From: Octopus vulgaris
Taxonomy: Eukaryota
Direction of reading: 5' to 3'
NCBI GenBank assembly: GCA_951406725.2
Contig: OX597836.1
Coordinates: forward strand, 13,826,001-13,890,000
DNA length: 64,000 nucleotides
The notes under the pieces are model-generated. The model saw only the letters and a list, made by a program, of their open reading frames with translations. It was not told where the DNA came from and ran no database searches. Below, one piece after another: positions 49,282 through 60,886 of this stretch. The position numbers and the translations under genes were made by a program. How positions within the stretch are numbered: position 1 is the stretch's first letter; every line of letters begins with the position of its first letter.

Positions 49282-51690
49282 CTGGACTTCGTAAAGGGTG
49301 TAAACCTTGTTAGCCCTGGGTTCCTTATGTGATTCCGTCTCGACCACCGAGATATTTTGGAAAAGACACCTTTTGTCGGCAGATGGCCCAGAGTCATCCG
49401 ACTCGCTGTCTGTTTTAGAAGAGGTCTCTGAATTGCCAGGAAGAAATGGAAACGTCCGAATGCTATCCTCGGTTTGACTCAACCTGGGGATTGCAGAGTT
49501 TGGCCACAAAGTTTGAAAGGGACTACGTTCAAAAGTGTTCCGCATTCCTGAGGGACTGGAGTCCGAACTTTTCGATCTCATCCCATTTAATTTTTGCTCC
49601 TTGCTGCTAGCAGAAGAAACATGGTGTTCATCCAAACCAAATTCGAAAGCTGATTGATTGCTCTCTTTTTCGCTACCGGGTGTTTTATCCGATAAAGGAA
49701 GAGAGTAAAAACTGTTTCGCTGCTCTAAACGCCTGATGAAGCCATGGTCCGATTTATTATCACAGTTCGATTCTTTATTTACACATTCACCACTCACTTT
49801 CTCATTTTCCAAGGAATCCTTTTGATCAGCAGGTTTCGCTACAGAAGAACTCTTACTGAAGTCTGTACTTTCATTATCCTCATTATTGTCGTTAGCATCA
49901 ACATCCTCGTTAGCAGAACATGAAGATCTTTTACTGTTGTTATTTGAAAATGAGGGCTGATCTGTAACCGACTCGTTATCTGACATGGAAGCTTTTCTGC
50001 TGTCACTGCCTGAGCCAAAAAATTGTCGATCGCCACCGAAAAGAAAGGGCAACCCACTTAAAGATATCCGACTGCCTTCTCTTGATCGAAAACTGAAGAC
50101 ATTTTCAAAAGTTGAATCACCGGTGGCAGGTTTTTCTTCACCTGATTTCAAATTGTTACCGTTTATCTCCAGAGAATTTTGCATGCATGAATTTTCTTGT
50201 TTCTGTTGTTGTTGTTGTTGTGGTATTGGTGTTGGTTGTAGGTGTGATTGTTGTTCAGGTGTTTGTGTTTGTGACTCTTGTATTTCTGGTGTTGTCAGTC
50301 GTGACTGTTGTTGACTTTCTTGTGTTTCCACCTGTTGCTGATTAGACAATACCTGTTCAGGATTTAAGAGAGTTTTAGGCTCATCAAAAGATGATGCTTT
50401 CTGCTCAAGCTGGATGCTGTTTGGCCGTATTGCTTCCACGATTGTGACGTCCTGTTTTTCGGGAGTCGAACCCTGGACTATAACAGGTGGCAGTGGTAAA
50501 GGAGGTGGGGGTGGTGGGGGCGGCGTTTCTTTGCTAGCTGTCTCTTCATCAGTTTTTCTTATTTCAACCAGTTCCTCTTGTTCCTTAGACAGCAGCATGA
50601 TTATGCTTTCGTGTAAAAAATCCGGGTCTTGAAACATGTCAATGAGGGGCATTATAATTTGTAATGTAAAAATTTCAATAAGGATTTTCTTCAAAGAATC
50701 TACGTTCTTGAACTCCGCTGGCAGTATATCTAAGCAGTCGATCAAGAGTTCAATGAGTGCCCGGACATGGTCAAAAGATGCTTCAGTGCCCTTTGATGCG
50801 GGATGCAGGGAATACTTTTGGTCAAATACATCTTCTACAGATCCTGGTAGCTTTTTCTTCTGTGAAGATTTATCACTCGACATTGCATAACACATCTGGA
50901 TCTTGTAAGTAGCAAACGAGGTCTGGTATTTCATCAAATGTTCACGGCACATTGTGATGGCCCCCGTACATGCAGACAACCGGTTGACAGTACGTGCTCG
51001 TCGACACAACTCTAATAGGATTTCCAGAATTTCATCATGAATGTCAACAACTATAGTGGAATCAGAACAGACCACTTTGTACCAAGACTGAACGTAATCT
51101 CTTGTAATTAAATTGACAAACTTTTCGATCTCACAGTTAATTACTTCGCAATAAGGAACATGAGAGTCGGATGTGTGGGGGGACTGGTCGTCACTAGATT
51201 TCGAAGAATCCAAGCGATTCCGTTGTTTGGGTTTAATTCGCTGCGAAGTGTCGTCCAACCAACTGCTTGATGTGGGCAGAGACGGCGACGGCGACGGAGA
51301 CATCGAGTCGTGTTGAACATTGTCTACCGCCCACCCATTAGTCGCAGACACCTGTTTTTTACCGTCGTTGCTTTTATATTCCTTAAAGGTGATAATGGTC
51401 ATGACAAGCTGAAGAAATAATGTCCGAAGCTTGTACGATAAAGTTGTTTTCGCCAAGAGAAATTTGGTAAAAGGGGTAAGGTCCCACAGCTGTTGACTAC
51501 GGTTGACATGAAAACAGATCACCATGGCTGGAATAATGCCCACTATATAGGAAATTAGAGGTTTCCATTCATTGTAAAATACGCCCAAAAATAGGAAAAA
51601 ACCGGTCCATGCCATCAGGGCGTAGCCGGTGAAAAACTGATTGAGGTACGCCAAACAGCGATATTGCCATTTCGTATGTTTCATCCACAT
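49282..51690 (-). CDS. SNX19: First coding exon (803 codons, phase 0) of a PXA-PX sorting nexin, SNX19-like
   Basis: Long non-repetitive ORF; CAACAACATG start context; N-terminal hydrophobic segments; PXA-type motifs EIEKFVNLITRDYVQSWY..., YSLHPA..., LIEIFTLQIIMPLIDMFQDPDFLHESII; PX beta-strand start FQNISVVETESHKEPRANKVYTLYEVQ; no RGS domain apparent; ends at CAG|GTAAGT. Orthology to SNX19 rather than SNX13/14/25 is inferred from architecture. Confidence 0.85.
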
Positions 51691-52683
51691 GTTGTTGGTG
51701 CGCCAGAATTGTAGTATTTTCCTTCTTTTTCTTCTGCTGCTGCTATTATCGATACTAACGTGACTGTTGTTACTACTACTACTACTAGTTGTGTTACGAC
51801 GGTTGTAGCCGTTGCAGTTATTGTTGATGATGTTGGTGGTGGTGGTGGTGGTGGAATAGGTGAGAGTGGCGGCGGCGGTGATGTTTTTGTTGTTGTTAAT
51901 GGTGATGTTGACGTCGTTGGCTGCACAACGGGCAGAAATAGATAGGAAGAGACGAAGACGAAGCAGAAGAAGAAGAAGAATAGGTGGGAAGACGACAACA
52001 GCAAATATCGAAGTCTATAAAGTGCAGCAACAATGCTTCTTGACGACGAGGACCACACGAGTGAAGACGAAGACGAAGACGTGGACGATAGACGGGGTCT
52101 GTTTTTTCGACCACTGCAGCTCCCACCACCACAACAAAAACTCGTTCCAGTCGTAGGAGTAGAGCAGAGGAAAGGATAGAGAACCGCGGAGAGTGTCCCG
52201 GGTTCGATTACGTGGTGGTTACAGGTGTTAAAAGAGGAAGAAGGAAAAGAAGCGGTACGGGTGGAAGGAGCATTGGACGCAATGGGCTGGTCTGCTGCTA
52301 CTGACGGCATCACGAATGACAGAAACAACACATTTACATAGAATAGACATAAATCGGAACATTAATGGGGGAGGAGAAGAGAGAGAGAAACAAAAAAAAA
52401 CAGGGCAAAATATCAAAAGCAGAGATTATACAGAAACATGGGGAATATATTATATCAAATAATAAGCAAGTAAACGGTGATACCATCGACGACTAGCGAA
52501 GCATACGATGTAGATGATGATGATGAAGAAGAAGAAGGCGTAAAACTGTCCTGCCAGCACAGAGAGAGAGTGAGTGAGTGAGAAAGATATATAGGTGTCT
52601 GTGTGTATTATTATTTTTTTTTTTCAAGTCCGCCACAAACGATTCGGTTCAGCCATATTGTTGTTATGGAGTGTGAGGAGCTG

Positions 52684-52693
52684 GTCATGTGAC
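52684..52693. promoter_or_regulatory. M-box/CLEAR-like motif GTCATGTGAC
   Basis: GGTCATGTGACC in unique sequence ~1 kb upstream of the ATG; function untested. Confidence 0.4.
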
Positions 52694-53081
52694 CTGCTGC
52701 TGCTGCTTATGACAGACTTTAATACTGATGACAGTGGTGGCGATGGTGGTGGTTTTGGTGGGGGTGGTGGCGGCGGTGGTATTGATGATACGATATGGTG
52801 ATGATGGTAATGCTGATGATAGTGATGGCAATATTAATTATAACAAGGCGGTGGTGGTGGTGGTGGTGGTGGTGGTGGTTGTGGTGGTGGTGGCGGTGGC
52901 GGTGGTGGTGGTGGTGGTGATATTGATGATACGATATGGTGATGATAGTGATGGCAATATTAATTATAACGACAACGCGGTGGCGGTGACGGTGGTGGTG
53001 GTGGTGGTGATAACGTCGTTAACGATAACGATGAGTGTATAATGCTGATGGTAATAATAATATTAATAATGATTATAATGA

Positions 53082-53436
53082 TGGTGATGGTGGTGGTGGT
53101 GGTGGTGGTGGTGGTGGTGGTGGTGGTGGTGGTGATGGTGGTGATGGTGGTGGTGGTGGTGGTGGTGGTGGTGGTGGTGGTGGTGGTGGTGGTGGTGGTG
53201 GTGATGGTGGTGATGGTGGTGGTGGTGGTGGTGGTGGTGGTGGTGGTGGTGGTGGTGGTGGTGGTGGTGGTGGTGGTGGTGGTGGTGGTGGTGGTGGTGG
53301 TGGTGGTGGTGGTGATGGTGGTGGTGGTGATGGTGGTGGTGGTGGTGGTGGTGGTGGTGGTGGTGGTGATGGTGGTGATGGTGGTGGTGGTGGTGGTGGT
53401 GGTGATGGCGGTGATGGTGGTGGTGGTGGTGGTGGT
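53082..53436. repeat. Long (GGT)n trinucleotide tract with GAT interruptions
   Basis: Direct reading; shorter related tracts at 52735-53010. Confidence 0.97.
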
Positions 53437-53554
53437 ATCGCCGATATTGATTACAACTATGATAGTAATGCCGATGATAATGATGATAATAATAATAATA
53501 ATAATTAGGGCGATAGTAGCGGCGGCGGCGGCGGTGGCGGCGGATACGCACCTC

Positions 53555-53563
53555 CCACGTGAC
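53555..53563 (-). promoter_or_regulatory. CLEAR-like E-box GTCACGTGG in a CpG-rich patch
   Basis: CCACGTGAC next to (GGC)n at 53518-53543; function untested. Confidence 0.4.
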
Positions 53564-55121
53564 TTGTCGGTGTTAATCGAACAGTGGCGAAACATTTGAA
53601 CGGCGAAGTGTTAGTATAATCCTTAAGTTTGGCCTACAAAAAGTCGTAAATCAGTCAGCTTTGACAGATCGCTTTTAAAACACACCACATACATTGAGGT
53701 ACACAACAGGTTGTTGATTAGCCTAGTTGTAAAACCCTGGGTGAGCTTGACCTTTGATCAACGGCGTTCCAACCATGCCGATCCTGGTACTTTGGGGGGG
53801 GAAGTATCTTCTGCTATAAGCCCCAGGCCGATCAAAGCCTTGTGAGTGGATTTAGTAGACGGAAACTGAAAGAAGAGCGTCGTATATGCGTGTGTCCAAC
53901 CACTGCTTGACGGCAGGTGCTGGTTTGTTTACGTCCCCTAACTTAGCGGTCCGGCAAAAGAAGCCAAAAGAATAAGTACCAGGTTTAATAAATTATTACT
54001 TTTGGGGTAGAATTCTTCGAATTCGCACTTCATGGACTGTGGCCGCAGTCCAATGAATGAAACAAGCGAAAGATAGATATGTCCGCGCGCGTCCACACAT
54101 ACACACACACGACGGGCTTCTTTCAGTTTCCTTCTACCAAATAAACTCACAAGGTTTTGATCGGCCCAGGGCTTTTGTAGAAGGCACACATTTTATTAAT
54201 TTATTTATTCATTTATTTACTTTAATGCTTTTTTTTTTTTTTTGGCCGACAGTTAATATATACTCTCGCCTCTCTTCATGTCTTAATAACTGCCAACTTA
54301 ATTATGAAATTACTTTCGCTTGTTTCAGCCAGAGGTTGTAGACCTCACTAGAGGACTACATATTTTTAACGTGAAACTTAATGTATTTCCTCGTCTATAA
54401 TGTAAGAAATGAATGCCCACCACCACTGGGTCGAAGTTTCATGTTGGTGCTGACGAAGAGAAAGACAGTAACATTATTATTATTATACGCATGTGAAAAA
54501 AAAATAAACGTGATAAAAATATATGAATTGATTTTTTTTAGGTACAAAAGTGGGCGTTGTATTGTACTCAAAAAGTGCGGTATTTTTCCCAGAAATTCAT
54601 ACAAAACGAATCAAATAACGGCTCGGAATTTCAGCGTAAAGTAACAAGATATGATATAAAACAGTCCTGCCTTAAGACATTAACATGCTAGGTACTTCCC
54701 TGGTGTTCCCCATGGGTTTGGGTGCTCTAGAGATAATCTCGCTGTTAATAGATAAAAATAGGTGTCCTGGTGCAGTATTTCTCCCGGTGACTTATAAATT
54801 CTACGAGGGCCCTGGTTATAAGGGCATTGATACAGATTAATGCCCCATATCCACCGACTTTATTTCTTCATAACTTTCTGAAAACTGCAATTTTTTTTAA
54901 ATGAACTTTTGCAGAGATATGTTTTCGAGAGTGTTGATAACATTTATACTTTTTTACTGGTTGCAGTCATTTGACTGCGGCCATGCTGGAGCACCGCCTT
55001 TAGTCGAGGAAATCAACCCCAGGACTTATTCTTTGTAAACCTATCTATCTATCTATCGATCTATCTTTCTTTCTTTCTTTCTATCTATCTCTCTATCTAT
55101 CTTTCACATATACACAATCTA

Positions 55122-55178
<57 letters not shown>

Positions 55179-55199
55179 CTATCTTTCACACAATCACAA

Positions 55200-55237
<38 letters not shown>

Positions 55238-55751
55238 ACACACACACACACACACACGTACACACAACATCGGGCAGGAACGAATTTTCTAAGCGGCTTT
55301 TACGCTATCCCCATTATACCAAATCTGGTCGCTCACAAAACCCCGACTGGCCTACCAACCAGAAAGCATACCAGACGACACCTAAGCAAAGCGCCGTGCA
55401 GTAGAATTGAACTCAAAACCACGCAGTTTGCGAGGCTTCAAAGCGTTAAGATTACCGTACCGTAGAATGAGAGAATGACAATAATGTCAGTTGTTATTTA
55501 TTTATTTAGTCAAGAATGTTATTACGGTGTTGTTTAACCTCAGGTCAATTTTGATCGAGCAGACTTCTCTTTAATCTTCTGTCTTTCCCATGTTTCAGTC
55601 ATTTGACTGCGGCCATGTTGGAGCACCGCCTTGACGAGTTAATTCGGACAAATCGCTCCTAGGGCTTATTTATTATTAAGGCTGTTACTGGCAATCCTTC
55701 GGTATTTGTACACGACGTCATTCGCCCACACGACCTTTTGCCTCATGATAG

Positions 55752-56093
55752 CCGTATTTCGTCTGCCGTTAGGTTCTGAGTTCAAATTCCGCCGAGGTCG
55801 ACTTTGCCCTTTCATCCTTTCGGGGTCGGTAAATTAAATACCAGTTACACACTGAGGTCGATGTAATCGACTTAATCCGTTTGTCTGTCTTTGTTTGTCC
55901 CCTCTGTGTTTAGCCCCTTGTGGGTAGTAAAGAAATAGATATTTCGTCTGCCGTTACGTTCTGAGTTCAAATTCGGGGTCGATAAATTAAGTACCAGTTA
56001 CGCACTGGGGTCGATGTAATCGACTTAATCCGTTTGTCTGTCCTTGTTTGTCCCCCCTGTGTTTAGCCCCTTGTGGGTAATAAAGAAATAGAT
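55752..56093 (+). mobile_element. SINE family E, two tandem body units (second with internal deletion)
   Basis: Same unit and GAAATA-GA-TATTTC junction as at 6.46 and 6.65 kb. Confidence 0.87.
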
Positions 56094-56459
56094 ATGACGT
56101 CGTTTTACTCATACCGACACTCCAGAGACCAATACCGAAGAATCGCCCATAGTATTTATTCAATGGTCTCTTTTGCCGAACCGCGAAAACAAACCAACAT
56201 CGGTTGTCAACACACACACACACACACACACACACGACACACACGACAGGCTTCTTCCAATTTCTGTCTACGAAACCCACCCGCAAGGAATCGGTCAACC
56301 AGGGGCCACGAAACCATGTGTTTGGGAAGCAAATTTCTGGGCACACAGCCATGCCTTCACCTACGATTGATCAAAGGTTTTTCCCACACGTAACTATCTC
56401 ACCTTCTTTTAGGTATATCTAATAAGATTAACATATCCATTGTTTCTTTCCCTTTTTAA

Positions 56460-56466
<7 letters not shown>

Positions 56467-56519
<53 letters not shown>

Positions 56520-56726
56520 CTGTGGTTTCTAGTGGGTCGAACTTCCACCTAGGTGGGGGTTTTCCTCCGCTGACTCGTCGTAAAGGAATGTCGGAGCTAA
56601 CGAAACTTTTAATCGTATTAGGAACATCGATTAATCGAGGCGTATGTGTGTGCGTAATGTCAGATATCGAGGGCGAGGCGAGGAAAAGAAGAGAGAGAGA
56701 GACACACACACACAGGGAGAGGGAGA

Positions 56727-56772
<46 letters not shown>

Positions 56773-56990
56773 CACACACACAGGGAGCGAGAGAAAGAGA
56801 CAGACACAAAGACAGAGACACAGAGTGAGAGAGATAGAGCGAGAGAGAGACACACACACACACAGGGAGAGGGAGAGAGGGACACACACACACACACACA
56901 CACACAGGGAGCGAGAGAAAGAGACAGACACAAAGACAGAGACACGGAGTGAGAGAGAGAGACAAGGGAAATGAGAGAAAGAAAGAAAGA
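56467..56990. repeat. (GA)n and compound (GA)/(CA) repeats with a duplicated block
   Basis: cagggagcgagagaaagagacagacacaaagacagagaca at ~56781 and ~56905. Confidence 0.9.
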
Positions 56991-57516
56991 ACAAAAACCT
57001 TTAAGAGAGAGAGAGAGGAATAGCAGAATAGTCAGTCGAACGTTCGTTTTTTGTTTTGTTCCTTTTTTTTAATATTATGACTGGTTCTTCGCATCGCATG
57101 AATGAATGAATAAGGAATACTGGAATAGTTAACACTGTAGTGAACATGAATGGACGAATGAAAAAAAAATATGAGAAGCATGTTATATAAATAAATCAAT
57201 GAATGAGGAAAGAAAAGGGACAGATGGAAAGAAAAAGGAAGAAGAGTAGAAAGGCAGCCGTAAATGCCTCGTATAACGTGTAATAATAATAAGCTTTATT
57301 ATTCCTCGGAAAGAAGCGGAAATATATTTTATATTCTCAACGTGTTTGTTTTTTATTCTTTCGTTCTTTTCCTCTCCTCGAATCTTTCGTTGTTGCTTTC
57401 CATTTTGATTGAATGAATTTCATTCGTTTAATTAATCGTTCTTTATTTCGCTTCTGTTATTCTTCCATTCTTTCTTTGGTGGTTATTTCGTTTAGTCTTT
57501 CATACTTCGTTGACGC

Positions 57517-57670
57517 TTCTTTCTTCCTTTCTTTCTTCCTTTCTTTCTTCCTTTCTTTTTTCTTTCTTCCTTTCTTTCTTTCCTTTCTTTTTTTTCTTTC
57601 TTTCTTTCTTTCTTCTTTCTTTCTTTCTTCCTTTCTTTCTTTCTTTCTTCCTTTCTTTCTTTCTTCCTTC

Positions 57671-57711
<41 letters not shown>

Positions 57712-57728
57712 TTTCTTTCTTTCTTTCT

Positions 57729-57806
<78 letters not shown>

Positions 57807-57874
57807 TTTTCTTTCTTTCTTTCTACCTTTCTTTCTTTCTTTCTTTCTTTCTTCCTTTCTTTCTTTCTTTCTTC

Positions 57875-57907
<33 letters not shown>

Positions 57908-57983
57908 TTCCTTTCTTTCCTTTCTTTCTTTCTTTCTTTCTTTTTTCCTTTCTTTCTTTCTTCATCTCTTTCTTTCTTTCTTT
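57517..57983. repeat. ~465-bp near-pure polypyrimidine (TTCT)n tract
   Basis: Direct reading; only isolated purines. Confidence 0.97.
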
Positions 57984-57999
57984 CGAGTTGTTTCGGTTT

Positions 58000-58219
58000 T
58001 ACTCTTTTACTTGTTTCAGTCATTTTGACTGCGGCCGGCCATGCTGGAGCACCGCCTTTTTTAGTCGAGCAAATCGACCCCCGGGACTTATTCTTTTGTA
58101 AGCCCAGTACTTATTCTATCGGTCTCTTTTTGCCGAACCGCTAAGTGACGGGGACGTAAACACACCAGCATCGGTTGTCAAACAATGCTAGGGGGACAAA
58201 CACAGACACACAAACACAC

Positions 58220-58267
<48 letters not shown>

Positions 58268-58377
58268 GAGGGGCGTTCAATAAGTAATGCCCCTGATCCA
58301 CGTAAACACACCAGCATCGGTTGTCAAGCAATGCTAGGGGGACAAACACAGACACACAAACACATACACACACATAC

Positions 58378-58426
<49 letters not shown>

Positions 58427-58702
58427 GGGCGTTCAATAGTAATGCCCCTGATCCACTAAACACACCAGCATCGGTTGTCAAGCAATGCTAGGGGGACAAA
58501 CACAGACACACAAACACATACACACACATACATATATATATACATATATACGACAGGTTTCTTTCAGTTTCCGTCTACCAAATCCACTCACAAGGCATTG
58601 GTCGGCCCGGGGCTATAGCAGAAGACACTTGCCCAAGATGCTACGCAGTGGGACTGAACCCGGAACCATGTGGTTGGTTAGCAAGCTACTTACCACACAG
58701 CC
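58000..58702 (-). mobile_element. SINE family A with triplicated middle segment and two mariner-like TIR fragments
   Basis: TAAACACACCAGCATCGG unit at ~58157, 58303, 58457; TA(C/T)GAGGGGCGTTCAATA(A)GTAATGCCCCTGATCCA at ~58265 and ~58421. Confidence 0.88.
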
Positions 58703-59235
58703 TATTTTCTACTTTCTTCAGTCTTGCCTCTCGTTCTTCGTTTCGGAAAGATTCAACTACGTAGTGAAAACGTGTGGCTAAGTAGTTAGAATATTCGACT
58801 CACGGTCGTAACGTAAGGTCGTGAGTTCGATTCCCGGCGGCGTGCAAGAATATTTTATTTCACGTTACTTTAGTCCATTCAACTGATAAAAATGAGTAGT
58901 ACCTGTATTTCAAAGGGTCAGCCTTGTCCCACTCTGTATCACACTGTATCTTCCAGAGAACTACATTAAGGGTACGCGTGTCTGTGGAGTGCTCAGCCAC
59001 TTGCACGCTAATTCCATGAGGGGGACAACCCCCATTTCCTTCATTTCTTACTTTTTTCAGAATTAAAATTTTTTTTTTCAAAATATGCGGGAAAATACGG
59101 AGATTTTGATTCTGAAAAAAAATTCCAAAAATTTTTGTAAAATTTTTTTTAAGAATTTTTTTTTCTAAATATGCTGAAAAATACGGACATTATAATTTGA
59201 ACAATAATTTCAAAACATTTCTGTAGTTACGTTTC

Positions 59236-59274
59236 GGGTTAGGGTTTTAGGGTTAGGGTTAGGGTTAGGGTTAG
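59236..59274 (+). repeat. Short interstitial (TTAGGG)n array
   Basis: gggttagggttttagggttagggttagggttagggttag. Confidence 0.85.
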
Positions 59275-59563
59275 TGTTGGGAAAAAAGTCAAAATTGAAG
59301 AATTGGGAGGGTGTGTAACAATGCCGATTTTTGCCAAATTTGTGGATGAAACCTTCGTATCCGAAAATGGGGGTTTTTGGCAAAAAAAAATTATTTAATA
59401 AACAAATTTGGGAGAAATGATGGGGGGATGGGCTGAAGTCTTTCCAGCAAATCGACTCCAGTACTTATCTTTAAAACCTGGTACCTCTTCTATTGATATT
59501 CATTGCTGAACTGCTAAGTTACGAGGATGTAAACAAATCATTACTGATTGTCACTTGGTGGAG

Positions 59564-59566
<3 letters not shown>

Positions 59567-59657
<91 letters not shown>

Positions 59658-59672
59658 ACATACACACTCACA

Positions 59673-59729
<57 letters not shown>

Positions 59730-59742
59730 TCACACACACACA

Positions 59743-59803
<61 letters not shown>
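59567..59803. repeat. Long (CA)n microsatellite
   Basis: Direct reading. Confidence 0.97.
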
Positions 59804-59805
<2 letters not shown>

Positions 59806-60262
59806 AAGGTGGTGCCCCAGCATGGCCGCAGTCTAATAACTGGAACGAGTAAAAGATATATATATACAGGGTTAGCCAAAAGTCACCTGACAGTAAATAA
59901 AAATTCCATAAATACTTATTATTCAATTATATTTATTCATTCCAATTAAGAATGTTTCATAATTGAATACTGTGAGTTAAAATTACCGTTTTTTTTTGTT
60001 GTTTTTTTTCTCTTTTTTCAACAAAAAACCAGTACTGTTGGGTTGGTGCGGCTTTATTCGACAAAAACAATAACAATATTGTTAAGAAGAAGAAGAACAA
60101 CTCATTTAATTTGTCCACAATTTGTTATTCATGTTTTATTCTAAGTTGAAAAAGTCACAAAGGCTGAAACCGGTACTAAAGTGTTCTTCATGATAAAATT
60201 ATTTTAGCATTTTCTACCTCGTCTTATTTTCCTTGCACATATCAACTCATGTGTTCCTTTTC

Positions 60263-60297
<35 letters not shown>

Positions 60298-60589
60298 CGC
60301 GCGCGTGTTTTTGTGTGTATAAACGAAAGGTTTCCACAGTTTCCATCTATCAAATTCACTCACAAAGTATTGGTCAGTCTGGGACTATTAGCAGACTTGA
60401 AAATAAGTTTACCTCTAGGCATTAGCTGGTTGGCTTGGCTGGAGCACCTTTATCATAGATTTAATTGAGGTTAAATATCTACTATTCCAAAGTAAATTGT
60501 CTGTTAGCACCTACCTTGTCTGGAATACAAATAAATAGATTAATATTGTTTGGGTGAGGTAGCTTTTGGGCCACACTGTATATATAACA

Positions 60590-60886
60590 TCAAAATAAAA
60601 ATCAAATGGAAATTGTAGCTGTGATACCCATGCCGGTGGCACGTAAAAAGCACCATCCAAACGTGGCTGTTTGCCAACCTCCCCTGGCTCCTGTGCCGGT
60701 GGCACGTAAAAAGCACCCACTACACTCACGGGGTGGTTGGTGTTAGGAAGGGCATCCAGCTGTGGAAATACTGCCAGATCAGACTGGAGCCTGGCACAGC
60801 ATCCTGGCTTACCAGACCCTGGTCGATCCGTCCAACCCATGCTAGCATGGAAAACGGACGTTAAACGATGATGATGATGATGATGA
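60590..60886 (+). mobile_element. Retroposon family B with duplicated GCCGGTGGCACGTAAAAAGCACC subrepeat
   Basis: Family body plus (GAT)n tail. Confidence 0.88.

Noticed and set aside
52960-53599. Poly-Gly, poly-His, poly-Thr and poly-Val ORFs
   Set aside because: All are frames of the same (GGT)n tract; no unique coding sequence
57413-58144. 243-aa Phe/Leu/Ser and Lys/Glu/Arg ORFs
   Set aside because: (TTCT)n tract running into a SINE
59236-59274. True telomere
   Set aside because: Only about six repeats, internal, with ordinary sequence on both sides
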